Of a DNA stretch of 64,000 nucleotides, positions 12,041 through 25,719 are shown piece by piece. Source of the stretch: Takakia lepidozioides (Eukaryota; Plantae; Bryophyta). Each line of letters opens with the position of its first letter. Position 1 is the first letter of the stretch. The notes under the pieces are model-generated. The model was not told the DNA's origin and ran no database searches. It saw only the letters and a list, made by a program, of their open reading frames with translations. The stretch covers positions 17,050,001-17,114,000 of the forward strand of contig CM060734.1 of the NCBI GenBank assembly GCA_030704615.1, read 5' to 3'. The position numbers were made by a program, and so were the translations under genes.

Positions 12041-13137
12041 AGATCCATATCTCAATTTAAGGGAAAAAAATGATGTTCTCAAAAAACAAATCAACCTATC
12101 TTTGTGGAAAGAATGTCTCAATGACCATGGATCCATATCTCAAAGGAGGGAGAAACAAATATCCTCTCAAAAAATGGTTCAACCTATCTTTATGACTGCG
12201 AGGGAGAAAATGAGAGATGCATGGATGGATAGAGTCTGTGACGTTGTGGATGAACTAATCCAGTGATGTTATCCCACGGGTTGTCTGTGCTTGCTAAATT
12301 TATAATAAATTTTCGGTAACATATTAGATAATTGTCAAGTTGAAGGCACATTAGCACTGTGGCCCCACCATGAGGCCTAATAAGGTGGGTTTACCACAAG
12401 GGCTACTGCCTTCCAGCCGAAAGGTGGACACCTTCATGACACACTAGATCGTGGTTCGAACCCACAACCACATCCAACATGGTATGTGCCCATTACCACT
12501 GGGCTACATGCTGGTTGTCGATGCTGCATATAACTACTCTTCGTCCTTCAATTTTTTCCTACCTATCATCTTGCCAACGTGTTCTTCTCTGATTCGCTCT
12601 AAGGACGCTGGTTATAACCTGTAGTAATCGCCCTTCAAACATTTCCCATTGCGTGACTCCCCAGGAAGCAGACCTCATAAAGTGATCGTTAATCCTTATT
12701 TAACAAGATCAAAGAGATAGGTAGGTAGAGGATCCTTTTAGCCTGTCAAGTCAATAAGGGCTCAATTGATCTGACGATGCACGTAGCATATCAGAAAATG
12801 GACGACACAGATGGAAAAAATCTAACGGCTCAACTCGTCCTAAAACCGGTTATGTCAGGTAGCCCGTGGGAGTTGCAAGGTTACCGGTTGTAATTTGGCC
12901 CTGAATAGTCGAGCCGAGCCGCAAGGACAGGTAACCACGCTCCTCGCACCGGCTACCTAATACATGGTCATTGAGTCATTTTCCACAAAGATAGGTTGAA
13001 TTGTTTTCCTAGAAGATCATTTTTCATTTCCTTAAATTGAGAGATGGATCCATGATCATTCATTTTCACCCACAAAAGATAGGTTCCATTAATATTTTGA
13101 GAGCACAAACGTTGTTTAAAATTTGAGATATGGATCC
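12041..13137. repeat. Inverted pair of ~90-bp-unit repeats (GATCCATATCTCAA...CAACCTATCTTT)
   Basis: Two units at 12041-12195 and their reverse complements at 12963-13137. Confidence 0.7.
12390..12520 (-). mobile_element. tRNA-derived SINE, family A (3'-truncated copy)
   Basis: Reverse strand: GACAACCAGCATGTAGCCCAGTGGTAATGGGCACATACC...GTGGGTTCGAACC (Pol III A and B boxes), then a body shared with the 14579 and 63528 copies. Confidence 0.8.
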
Positions 13138-14578
13138 AAGATCAAGCAAGACACCACCCCATTGTCACAGCGCTATGCCATTGGCCTCCATGTGCGAAGA
13201 GTACCTTGTCAACCTCCGTGATACTCGAATCATGACTCTTGGTTTCAAGGAAATTATTTTTTTGAAATTATTAATTTCAAGGAAAAAAACCCAGGCTGTA
13301 TTAATCAAGTTAATACCACTGTTGTACTGGTATTCAGGGTCTACCCGGGCACCAACAATAGGTATCAGCCGGGTCTTCTAGGACCTCCCAGTCGGGTAGG
13401 TGGTAGGTCGAAAACCTAAGGCATACCAGGGACAGGCATTGTCTCTTGTTTTCTGTCGAATCCAGGGTGGAGTATAAGGATATAGTACGCTTGCGCATTA
13501 TGATGCTTGGTGACTCCATAGTCACAAATCTAGGAACTTGGATTGCATTGGATTTTATTTTTCTTCTCTTTTTTCTTGGAAAGAGTTTCTAGTTGAGGAG
13601 GCTGGCTCTACTTTGCAGCTCCATGTAGTGTAGTGTAGTGTAGTTTTCAGAAACTTCAACCACTTTTGTACATCAACTTTACATTATGAAGTGATGAGAC
13701 AACTTTGTTATGGCCTATCTTGATGTTTTTGCATTGATCAATACTGTAGTTCAAGTTTGAAAAAAAATATGCATACCCTAGTTGATATTGTACTGGTATT
13801 TGAAAAAAAATTGCCTTTCTTTTGATACCATGTATACATCCCAAAAAATACAATATTGATATCAATATTATACCTGCAAAATTCAAGGATACCAATACCT
13901 ATATTCATACCAGTTTTGGACATTTGTGAGCTCTTAAGAACCAGAACTGGCTAGTATATCAAAATTTTAATACCCGCATAACATTGGTTAATATGTCAGT
14001 CAATAATATCCTCCCTAAAAGCCTTGCAGGTACTCAGGCCCAATAAGACTCAACATTAGTTGGGGGAATTTTGGAAGGTAAAAAGACGATTGGAGCGACC
14101 AATAGAGATGTAGGATATAGGGCCCACCCCCCAAAGGGTGCAGTAGCCGCAAGGCGAAGTGGCTCTTAGTTACGTCGGTCCACCGATCAAAGTCTTCTCT
14201 CTCTATAGGAAAGTGTGCAATAAAGCGAAGCACGAGGCCGATGGGGAAGACATATCCAGGCGCCCATTGTGGGAATGTGCACACCTGGGCACGAACCAGC
14301 CTTCTAGAAGGCTAACAAGGCGAGAGACACGGCTGGCCCCGCTGCCCTAAGAGGGTATATAAGGGAGGGTATAGGCCTCTCCGCTCCAACTTACTACCTA
14401 CTACTCACTAATTTACACCCAAGCCCTCCTAAAAAGCAAAAATATGGAACATGTACCATAAGAGAATTATATGCTAGCTCAATAAGTGTCTAGAATATTA
14501 GATTAGAATTAGAATTTAATAACCAGCACTAAAAATATCCATGTTCACAAACCGGGCCTTTCAATTTTTGTGATAGTG

Positions 14579-14760
14579 GACAACCAAGTTGTAGCCCAAT
14601 GGTAATGGGCACATACCGCCTCGGAAGTGGTTGTGGGTTCAATCCACCGACTGGTGTCATAAAGCTGTCCACCTTAAGGTAGTAGCCCTTGGGGATCAAG
14701 AGACACTGTAACTTATGCTTCTTTTCTTGACACCATAATATACGCTTCCTTCCCGAGGCA
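14579..14760 (+). mobile_element. tRNA-derived SINE, family A
   Basis: GACAACC...GTAGCCCAATGGTAATGGGCACATACC...GTGGTTGTGGGTTCAATCC...TGTCCACCTT...GTAGCCCTT...GACACCATAA. Confidence 0.8.
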
Positions 14761-17700
14761 TCATACTTTCTTTCTGAGAGGGGGAATGCCCCCTGCCCAT
14801 GGCAGTACCAACTGCCCGTTGTGATATCCCTTTATCTTCTGGCCCCACATTTAGCTTTCTCATTTAATTCTGTCATACCTCATCCCCTGCCTTTAGTAAT
14901 TTGAAACTTTTGTAGCATACAGTATGTTCCAAAATGGAGCAATGTCTATATGTCTGTATCTGTGACTTTCATTTCATGTGTATTGTACAGCAAAATCATT
15001 TTTATGTTACATGCTTGCTTGCCGAAGTGCCGCCAAAAAAACATGAAGGGCTGTCAAATTTACAGCCCTTCAACATGAAGGGCAGATTTCTTAGAAAACT
15101 TGCAAATGCAAGTCTAAGGTACCTTCAAAACTGAACACTGGTGGACATAAATGGCCAGGAGTCAGGACCGCAGCACGGAATCTGGTTTATATCCCAACTT
15201 CCATCCATTCCTAGGTTTCATCCAGGCTTGCAATGCACCGCATCCATCAGCAGCAGGAAGAAGTGACGGATGACAAGTTCAGATTTCCATTATATATATA
15301 TATATATAACACTGGTATTTGCAAGTGGATATGATTGGGCACCGAGAGTGTTGTGTTGCTGTCCAACTCAAATGGCGTCAAATCTTGGACTTCCAATCCC
15401 CTCTGGTAACATATTGCTGTCGCTGTCCAATATCTGTATCCGTGATACTCAATTTTTTATTTTTTATTTAATTTTTAAGAAAGGGGACAGATACTCAATT
15501 TGGGTCGAATATGTGCCCCAAGTAGTTCAAAAAAAAAATCAAACAAATAGCTGTTCTAACCTAACTTAGGACCGGGAGGAGGAGGGAGGTGGCAGTAGGG
15601 GCTGGCTGGGTTGGCGGCAACTAGGACCAGCAAGAGTCAGGCTCTGCATGGGCTATTGCCACCCAAGTTATCTGGTTTATTCAATTGCTAAGAGCCCCTT
15701 TCCATGGGCACTCCCAAACGGCCCCCCCCCCAAGCAAGCGCCCCTTAAAAATGAGAGGGGGTGGTTCTGTTCCATGGACAACTTTCCATTCACCCCTCTA
15801 GAACTCTTCGGCACCAATTGCTCTAGGCCCATGACATAGTTAATGACAACTAATATAAGTTTCGGATGAAAATATAAAAAATCATTCCATCTCCTAAAAT
15901 TTAACTTACTTTGGATGGAAATCAACAGCGAGGCTGCGGGCCCGCTGTAGGAAAAGACAGGTGTCAGTTAGGGGCGTCGTGAAACTCGATCGCCCCTTGA
16001 GAAGGGGCGTCTTTTTTTAGTCTATTTTGCGCCCCGGGCGATTCCGTGGGTACGCATATTCTACGACCAATAGCGCCTCGTTAATCCTGGGCCGATTCAT
16101 GGGGGGCCCTTGCAGCTGCCCATGGAACCCGGCTTTAAGTTCTCTACTTTATTTCATTGCGGAGATACTTACATTTCAATATTCTATTGATTCTTTGTGT
16201 CCTTGGTGACAGGGGTTGGGCACGAACACACACGAGGGTTGAGGGTCTAAAACTATGTTATACAGGGGATTTTATGGGGGGGGTGTTTTATGCGGGGTAA
16301 CGAGTTATATATTTTTATTATATTGCAAGATGTGTACGTTACTATCATGATTTTTCTGCCCAAAATCATTTGCATCGGAGTTCGTTATATTCCATTACGA
16401 CGCTGTATGAGTCCACCGAATTTATAAAGGATTTGAGGTGAATATGTACCCCTAACATTGGGTCGACATATTGGTCGAATGGATATTCAGATATTTCTTG
16501 TTGTGATTCTTCATGCAACTTTTTCCAGCCACAGACTGCAAAGTTCAGCACTTTCGGTTCACTTTTCCATCCACAAGGACTGCATGATCTACTTCTCTCA
16601 TCCACCATCCGGATGCTGCACGCAATTATTTATGGCTCTGAAGCAAAGTCACAATCTCAATTTTTATTTTATATTTGGGATCAAATTGCATACTGCAAAT
16701 ATATGGCTTGATGGGAATATGTTCACATGATCAACCTTTTCTGGATAAAGGCCTGGAAACTTTTGGGAACCGAAATATCCCTCTGACAGCGACCGAGGAT
16801 GCCAACTTGTCGTTTGATTACATGGATGAATAACCGTGAGCAGGATCCCTCATCCAACTAGGCCGTGTGCTGAGTACCGTAACGCCCTCTAGTGTTTCAC
16901 CCTTTGTATTTTGACGACACCTCCCATGAGGGAATGCCCTGCCAGGATGTGGCCTTCCACTACGTGCATGAACACCCCAAGCCTCCACTCCCTTGCAGCT
17001 CACCCCCATCTATATACTATACAGGGTGCTAAATACGGGCAATCGATATGAGATAATTCGCAGCCAATCAGATTGAGCTAGATAAAAAGCAGGACGTACG
17101 CTTCAGGACTTACACATTCCGTTTCATGAAACGGAAGGATATCTTCCGGAACTACGGGCGTGAGGCCCAGCATGAGGGCGGGAGCCCGAGGGCACCTGTG
17201 AATGCCCGCGGGCCCGGGCATTGCCCGACGTGGCGCCCGATTGGCCCACGTGTCGCTCAGCCTCCACCGGAAGATTGTGGGGGAAGGTGCTGCTGCACCG
17301 GAAGGTTGTACACGTGGCGGTTCATAGGCACTCAGTGAATGCCCTGGGGCCGGGCATTCCCCCTCACATTTCACACGTCTCCCTGGAGTTGGACGGAGGA
17401 TGGATTTCTCATACGGGAAGAATCAACAGTTTGGGTGGCTGGTAGTCCAACTAAAATGATCTGTCAGGCAACGGGAAGAGCAGGTTTCCCAGTCAGACTG
17501 AGCTTTTCCAGCCGGTGAAGGGTACGTCGAGGCGAGCGGGCATGTTGGGGGGCAGGAGAGCAGCACGGGTGCGGCGTAAAATCCCGGGTCGAAAGAGATT
17601 GAGCGGGCTGCGCTGTCTGGCACCCAGCAATCAGGGAACGCACGGCCCGAGATACCAATCCCGGGAATCGGTCGGCTTATTTATTATTACGTACTGCCCA

Positions 17701-17994
17701 GACGGCGACCCAGGTTCGCCAAGCGTATGGCCGTAGCCAGGCAGGTGCGGGCAGAGCTGCGAGGTGTGTGGCTAAACTGGTCGTGTGGGCGGGCGATACT
17801 GGACGCTCTGACCGAGACCTTTTCTTTTCCTTTCCTTTTTGTTTTTCAAAAAGGGAAACACCTGGGAGCGACAGCTCACAAATCAGGCCCCTCAATCGTG
17901 AGAGGAGAAAATAACCTCTTTCACAGTAACCGCGCCATGAAGGCGTAGAAATGGGACACCGCCCAGGGAGGTGGGGAGAAGAATATACCACATC

Positions 17995-18063
17995 CGTCAA
18001 GTAGCAGGAATTGACCCTAGAATCATCTGGGTGCAGTGCACTAACCAACTGAGCTACTGACTG
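17995..18063 (-). mobile_element. Degenerate tRNA-like sequence (probable head of a second SINE family)
   Basis: Reverse strand GTCAGTAGCTCAGTTGGTTAGTGCAC...GGGTCAATTCCTGCTACTTGAC: A box, B-box variant and a partial closing stem, but no proper anticodon arm. Confidence 0.55.
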
Positions 18064-19848
18064 TTTGATCCGAGTCCTTGGGAACACGCAATACTTTCCG
18101 TACCACCAGACTGACGGGTCCTGTTCAACTTGTCATCCGCTCGTCATCCATGAGCAGCGACGAGCATCTCGCAGTTTGTCATCCACGCGTGGGCCCAGCG
18201 CGCAATGTGAATGCGAGCCCAAGTTCCGCTGACGAAGAACGGGATGCACGGCGGGTGGATAGAGGCTCCCGCTACATTGGAGCGGGCTGCCGCCATTGTT
18301 TAGAGCACCGCGTGGCCGCTATTTTTCGGCGGCATTCCCCTGCTACCTCGCGTGGGCGCCACTCTAAAGTGGCGGAAGGCCGGTAACTTAATGACACGCC
18401 GCCAATACGACAAACTGCACCTGAAATGACAGCTCGTCACGGGTAGGATCCCGACACGTGGGCTCATACTATGTTTTGACGGTCATGCCAGGCCGTGGGG
18501 GCACGTGGGATCGCTGTCCCGGTCTGTGTGAAACTGTTTCATCCATCACTGCACCGAGGATTCATCCAGGGACGTTAGGTCCCGAGGACCTTAATGTGTT
18601 CATGAGGAGAATGATGCGATTAAGTGGGCTGTGTCTATAACGTCCGTTACCCTTAACTACAAGAATCGGGCCCCAGCAGGAAAGACACAGCAAGGTACCA
18701 CCACAGGGCGATTGGGCCACGGTCCCTTTTGACCTTTCGAACTGTGAAAAAGCAGAAGCATATATTTGGCAGCACTCGGTTGGGAGAGGAATTTTGTAAA
18801 TGGAGGTGCGCGCCACCTAAGGCGATAAGGAGCTCATACTTGTTGCAAGGAGAGTGAGAGAATTGCAAGCGGCCCCACTAATAAAGGTCGGCACCACAAA
18901 AGTCGGCAAACTTGGCATTCTATTAGCGAGTAGAGTAGCGGGTCTGTAAGTTAGGTGGAAGGTGCGAGATGGGCCATGTCACGCTGTAGCACACATCATT
19001 ATATGTCAAATCGTTAAGTGTTTTTCCCCCAATTTCTGGTTAAGTTTGACTAAAAACACATGATAACGGACACGGACCCGTGGGGTGCATAAAAATGGCC
19101 AAGATCGATCAGGCCTGGACAGACGCGTGTGAGGGTGCTACAGCGTTAGGATAAAATGCCACCCTGAAGTGGACCCACTTGCCAAGTTTCAAGCGCTGGA
19201 TGCCTACAGGTGTTTTGGATAGCAAGACAAAGTTTTGCCGGATTCAACTACAAGATCTTGATGTGCTTATCCCCACATTTTCGGATGCGGACGAGTCTGT
19301 GGGTATTTTGTTTTCAATCCGGGGAGTCCGTCATTCATGGTCGTGACTGATTCCACAGATTTTTTCGAAACATCTGTGAGCAACCTCACCATCAACATGA
19401 GTAATGGCGACCAGTCAACAAATCAGTGGAGAAAATGTGCAAAGGAACATACCCAAATCACTCAGCACATACCGATCATTTCAAATTTTCAATGTTGTGG
19501 AAGAGCCGTCATGTAGTATCGGGGGGTGGCTGAGACTCTCGAGCTTGACAGTGTAAAGTACAGTTTGGGCGCGGGCTGGTGTTCGAGGAGTGAGCAAGGT
19601 GAGCAGGATAGGTAGAGTGGTGACAAGTGCGAGAACTATGTACGCAGAATGTGTTTGCAGAGGAGCTTCGCGTAGTAGCTGTAAAGTGATGGCATACCAT
19701 AGAAGTAAAAAGGAGTACATGGCAGATGCAGAGAGTAGCAAGAAAAAGAGTGACAAACCCTGTGCTAATTGTAAATGGAAAGGTGCGGTGGGTTGGCGGA
19801 GTAGGTTGGTGTTGTCCCTGGTGTGGTGTCGACGATTGCACTGTGTGA

Positions 19849-22050
19849 TTACTCATTGGCGACGTTGTTTGCTGCTGCAGTAGGGCCCTGTGTGGGGGCG
19901 TTGGTGATGCGCAGGTGGTGGCCTGGCGTGGCGAGCAACGTATGGGCTGGGCCGGTTACTGCCTGGGCCAGAGGTGAATCAGCAATGTTGAATTTTGGAG
20001 GAGATATATGCTGGAGCTGAACTACGGGAGCTGACGGGTAAGGTCCTGAATGGGCGACAATCCCCTCATTGATTTCCTCGAATCCTGCAGCGGGAGTGGG
20101 TACACTGGCGGGGGGGGGGGGGGGGGGGGGGGGGAAGCTTGGTCAGCAGCGTGTTGGTGTGATTGTAGAAACTGGCCAAGTTTGCTCCCAGGTTCTGTGC
20201 AATTGACTCCTGCAGGGAAATCAGATATGTGTGGTGTATTTCCTGTTGTGTTTGAATGGTGGTGGCCACCCTGGTCTCCAACGCTGAGAGGTCACCTCTG
20301 ATATCTCGGCGGATGGTGATGGCGTGTTCCGCTAGTCGTTTGTCAATCTCAGACATCATGAGCTCATGGTTGCGGTTGGAGCCCGAGCTGGGCTGAATGG
20401 CGATAGAGTTAACTGTGTCAGCGAGCGCCTGGTTGATGTTAGCAACCCGCAGGCGATCTAGAATCTCCTTAGCCGGTGGGGCAATGCCGTTGAGACTGTG
20501 AGCGTGGGGCTCAAACTTAATTCGCCTGTCAATAACCCATATGTCGGGCTTGTGGCACCACTGGGTGTAGATGCTAGGGTTTTTGCATGTGATTAGAACC
20601 ATACCAGTATGCTTGGTGTTCTCTGTTGGTGCCACTTTGTTGAAATGCAGTTGGGCGATGTTGTCTTTGCCAAAGAGACTGTGGAAAGCATCCGCAGTGG
20701 CAGCCTGGCTGTGCAGAGGATTAAGATTCCTGACCACAAGAGTAAGTGCGTCCCGCTCCGCCACCAGCTCCTGAGGGGTGGGTGTAAGTCCTGTCATGCT
20801 CGCTCGTTTGATTCGTAGCTAAGGTTTGATGAGGTTGTGGTTGATGCGGACTCCATGAACGAGCAGTCGTTGTTTGGCGTCTTCGGAAGCCAAGTAGAGA
20901 AAGCAGAATTTCTTCTCCGGGCTTGGCTTTTGAACGTGGAGAATTTCGAATTCGTCTCCGTGTTTGTAAGTCTCTTGTATGAAATGTCTGGTGAGCTTGT
21001 GGCCAAGAGCGCCCATCAAGGATTCGCTGGTAAGGTACAGAGATAGGTATTCGGGCGACGCTTGTAAATCGAATGCCTTTTCAATTTTGCCTTGGACCTG
21101 CACCCCTGTTACCATCTCCATGACAAAGGCGCGGTCTCCACGTAGGAGAGCAAGTCCATCGATGGCCGGATGGAGGAGCTCAACTTTCAAAAGTCCTGAC
21201 CAGAGCTTGCTTGCATGCTTGGTGTTATGGGAGCGTACAAGATGTCTCCAAGCGGTATAATTTTCATGTCGTCAAATCTTTTGCGTGCTCTGTAAAGGGC
21301 TTGCTCCTTGGGCATGTCTGTGTCAGAGTCAAAACGTACCATGATATGGTATGGTGTCGCGGAGAGGCCGGAGGCTGAGTCGATTGGAGTGCCTTTTGGA
21401 AGCTGGGTGAGAGGGTATAGCTGCCCCTCTCGTCCGTCCGAGCGCTCTGCAGGAAAGAGAAGCTGGGGGACGTGGCCACAATGGTACTACAAGCCATGGG
21501 CCTTCAAAACTCAGAAATATACGAACTGCGCCACTGTCTCAAGGAACGTAGGGGAGGTTGGTGTCGATTGCGTACTGCTCCATCGCATGGTATCCCATCC
21601 AGAGGAGGGGGCCCTTTGGCTGACTTGCACTTTCAATAAGTTGAGCAGGTCCTGGGGGGGATGAGCCTCTTGATTTTCTTGGGTCTGAGTGGGTGCTACC
21701 CACCTCACTGGTGGTGTTGCATGAGGGACGCTTGTGTCGCGGGCTGATGGTGTGCTGTGCCGGACCATTTGTGGTGTTGTGATGACAGGAGGAGCGTTCA
21801 TTGTGGGCTGACGCTCGTTTCTGTGTGACCTTGTCTCGTAGACTTGAGTGTTGGCGAAGAATTACTCATCCGAGAGGTGCATCTCGCTGACGTCTTTGTC
21901 TCCATCATTGTGGAGTATCATGTCCGCATCCCTGTCGAGATGTTGCTGCATTTTGACCGAGGCTGTGGGCACGACTGGAGTTGGAGGGAGAATGACGACT
22001 GTGGGTACGCTTGTCGATGGGATGAGACTGCCTATGATAGGTGCTGGATT
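19849..22050 (-). pseudogene. Disrupted ORF1-like protein with RRM-like folds and Pro-rich C-terminus
   Basis: Stitched reading: ...GQLYPLTQLPKGTPIDSASGLSATPYHIMVRFD...[frameshift ~21220]WSGLLKVELLHPAIDGLALLRGDRAFVMEM...KKFCFLYLASEDAK...[TAG 20819]...TLVVRNLNP...KHTGMVLITCKNPSIY...FEPH...[G25 tract 20110-20134]...NNVANE*. Confidence 0.7.
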
Positions 22051-24472
22051 TCTTGTGTAAGCAATCTAGACGTGAACTAGTCATGCGTAACGGAGTGGAG
22101 TGAGAGGGTGTGAGGTAGGAAGTAAACTTGTGAGGGAAATGATGGGAGTGTATGAGAGAGTGGTGAGCAAACTGAGGCTGTGAGGGTGTGAAGACGGGGG
22201 AAGAGACTGATGTGATGCTGCAGAGATGATTGTAAAGCAGAGGAGGAGCAGATGTGAGGTGGAGGCGACTATGAGGGGGGGGCAGCTGAGGGAGAGATTG
22301 TGGCGGGTGCTGGTTGCTAAGGTGTATCTATAGAGACTGGGATTACGAGTAGCAGTGAAGTGGCGGCTGGGTGTGAGTGTGCAACGCAGGGAGGAGTCCA
22401 TAACTGTGGGGGGCCTGGTGTGATTGCCGAACGGCGAATTTGTTATGGTGCTTAGCAGGATGTCATTAAGGATTGTGGTTTTGGGTGGTGGTGTGGTTAC
22501 TTTGTAATGTGCTGGCGGCGAGGGAAGAGGAATGAGCAAACGGCGGCTGGGCGGGGCTTTCATGGGGTGGGACAGGAGCTGTTGTTTTTGGAGGATAGGC
22601 TGCAGAGGGAAGTGGTTCCCCTGACAGTTTCCGTTAAGGAGGCTTGGAGTCTGGCAAAGAAGTTTATAAGCGGTGTGGGAAGTGTATTGTGGTGGTTGGA
22701 TGTTGAGCCACCTGTGGCCTAGGATAAGATATGGAGGTGGGCTAGGTTGGGTGGCATATGGATATGTGTAAATGTGGGTTGGATGGTTAATGGTGCATCG
22801 AGAATTGTCTTTGCTGGGGTTCCTATTGTTTACATAGGATCAAGTGTCTATGGTATAGGTGTAGGAAGTGGTTATGAAGTAGTGTGAGTTGTGGTGTGGA
22901 TAAGAGGGAGGGCTGAATTTGGTTGTACGATTCGGGGATTGAGGGTAGGGTGGGAGATGTAGTGAGGGACTGAATTGCTTGTAGTAACTTGTAGAGGGCG
23001 GGAGCGGCAGTTTATACCAGAAGACAAATTTGTATCGAATTCCCAAGAGTGTGGTGTGATCGTGAGGCTGACAGGCCAATGATTGGTTAATGGTGTGTTT
23101 GGACACTGTGCTGGTTTGCAGTACTGGGGAGGTGGCACGTTCATTGGGTTTGTACATGAGTGAGTGTGGATGATTGTGTGCAGGGGATGGTGTCCCGTAG
23201 TAGATGTCCAGACTGGTGATGGTGAGTACCAACTGGGGCTGCCTGGGGGGGTGCCAGTGGCGTGTGTAGTTGGCCAGGGCAGCGGACAAGAGTTTGTTGA
23301 ATGTGTGTATAGTGTGCCTCCTGGACTGTTACGCATGGGTGTGGTAAAACGTAGGTAGTAGGTGGTTTTTAGAGTGAAGTGATATAGAATTTGTTGAGAG
23401 AGATGGGGTATGAGATGATCCAGAGAAGGGAGTGGGAGAGTATGTTGTGGGTGTATGGGTGTGTTGCAATGTATTGAGTAGAGAGCATTTTTGAGGGGGT
23501 GGGCGAGAAGCTGGTGAGAGAAAATGTGGGAGAGCTGGTACATAGATCTGGTGCGTAGAGAGTTTAGAAAAAAGAGATGTCCGTGAGTGTGTGCTATCCT
23601 GGTGGAGCCAAAAACAGCATTATGACAGTATGGGGGTAGCCACATACTATAGGAGGAGAGGGAGATTCCTAGAGCATATTGGCTAGAAAGGTTTGTTGCG
23701 TATGAACACCAAGAGGTGTGTAATAGAAACTGGTGACGAGAAGAGAGAGAACATTTAATTACGTTGCTTCTCTTCCCTTCCATCACTTCAATTCCTACTC
23801 TCATTCGCTTCCTCCTCCACTACACCCCATCCACCACACCTTGGAAGAGTTGGTATATAGAGGGTAGATGTGAAACTGTTAGTGGGTGGAGGATTGCTTG
23901 GAGCAGATTGATGAGAGGAATGTGATGCAGCTTGACCCCAAGGAAGGGATGGTGGGCTGCCGCTATTTGTTTGATACATGAGAAGTAGTGGCAGCTTCAG
24001 AATGCTGAAGCTGTCTGCTTGGGGCAGATATGACCATGTACATAGACCCGGAGGAGGGAGGCTGTGCAGCAGTGTTGAAGACAGCTTAGGAATAGAGATG
24101 AGATGTGAAGTTGGGGCAGCGAAGCTGAATGCCGGTGAGATGGTGTGTCGACAGTGGAGGAGGTTGTTTCTCAAGGGAGGAGACGTGTGTTGTGGGTAGT
24201 TGTTGGCGTAAGGCAGTGAGTAGGTTGGCCTGCAGTTTGCATCATCAGAGAGAGAGAGAGGGTTAGATGGTATCAGCTGGACAGTTAGGGGGGTGAGGGG
24301 GAGAGAGCAATGTGGGGGGGTATTTGAGAGCTAGTGTGGGTGCAAGATTATAGATACATATGTAAATAGAGAGAGTGAAGTATGTGTGAATTGTGGCAAG
24401 TCATAGTTGATGGTGGTGAGGGTGTGTGGTACTAGAGGGGGTGTGAGTGTAGCCATCATGTCCGCGTCTAGA

Positions 24473-24680
24473 CACTACAAGAAAAGGGGGGGGGGGGGTT
24501 TTCGACACCGCGTCGTTGTAAAACAGACCTTTTTGGGCAGGGAAAAAAACCAAATTTGCAACGTTCGGACGTCGCAAGGGCGATGCCAAAAAAATGTCGC
24601 AAATTTACGATCAATGGGGGTTGCAAATATGCGAAACCGCAATTTGCAACATCAATGCAATTTGCGATGCCCGAGCATTG

Positions 24681-24717
<37 letters not shown>

Positions 24718-25719
24718 CAATGCAGAATTAGCACCGTCCGGAGATTGCAAAGTGCGATGCGCGGACGTCACGATTTAAGAAGGTACATTTGAATGTAGGC
24801 GAGAAAATTTGAATTTAAAATTTGAATTTCGAAAACTTGTTGACCGTTGATTTTGGCGTTGATCATTAATTTCGGTTTTAATGGCGATATGTTCATTGTT
24901 CTACATATCATGCAACACATATTTGAACGTAAGATCGTCACGTTTTAACATTTTTAAGACACTACGAGCTAACCAACACATTTACGTTACATTTATGTAT
25001 CACAAAAGCAATATATATATATATATATATATAAAGAGTTCCTTTAAGTTCCTTAAAAATTCATTCTAAGGGGTATTTCTTATGATGTTGAGGAGATACA
25101 ACCTCCACATCCTTAGTGCCCAGCCCCGGCTCCAGGATCATCGCCATTGTTGTATCTCGTTACCGCCAGGCGTCCCAAGCGACGTCCTTGTGTGGACGTA
25201 AATTAATCACAACACCATTGCAACCCCCTGTGGTGACGCCGTTGCGACCCCTTGGCGTCGCAACGTTGGGCGTCCCAGCGCGGGGCGCCCCCAACGACGC
25301 TTTTGTAAAGTTGAGAGTCGCAAAGCCAAAAAAAAAAAAAACTCCCACTGTGATGATGTTGTTGCGACGCCCTAGCGTCGTAGAGGTGCTGAGGCGCCTT
25401 TAGTGACGCTTTTGCGACGCCAAGGCGTCGCAACGTCTAAAATAAATTTATAAAAATATATATATATATATATATTAAAAATCCGACGTCGGGGCGTCGC
25501 AAGAAAAAAAAATCCGTCACAGCAAGGGCCCTCTTTCCCCCTTCATGCTATTTTATCACGGCTGGGCGTCATAATGATGTCGCAATGGGGGATTGCGATG
25601 CCGAGACGTCGTAAAAAAATGCCGCGGGCTCGGCGTCGCGGGCTCAGCACCGCGCGGGGCGTGGGGGCGCGGCTGGCGTCGCAAACCCCCCCCCCCCCCC
25701 CCCCCCATTTGCTATAGTG
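24473..25719. mobile_element. Non-autonomous CACTA (En/Spm) DNA transposon, 1247 bp
   Basis: Starts CACTACAAGAAAAGGG.., ends ..CCCATTTGCTATAGTG. 3-bp TSD AGA at 24470-72 and 25720-22. Many TTGCGACG/CGTCGCAA subterminal repeats. Confidence 0.95.

Noticed and set aside
12420-12520. tRNA gene call (also 14585-14650, 63535-63600, 17995-18063)
   Set aside because: A/B boxes are present but the cloverleaf is incomplete, and three of the copies share a non-tRNA body, so these are SINE heads.
17231-17240. TGGCGCCCGA as a tRNA-Lys primer-binding site
   Set aside because: The match stops after 10 nt and is not preceded by an LTR-ending CA.
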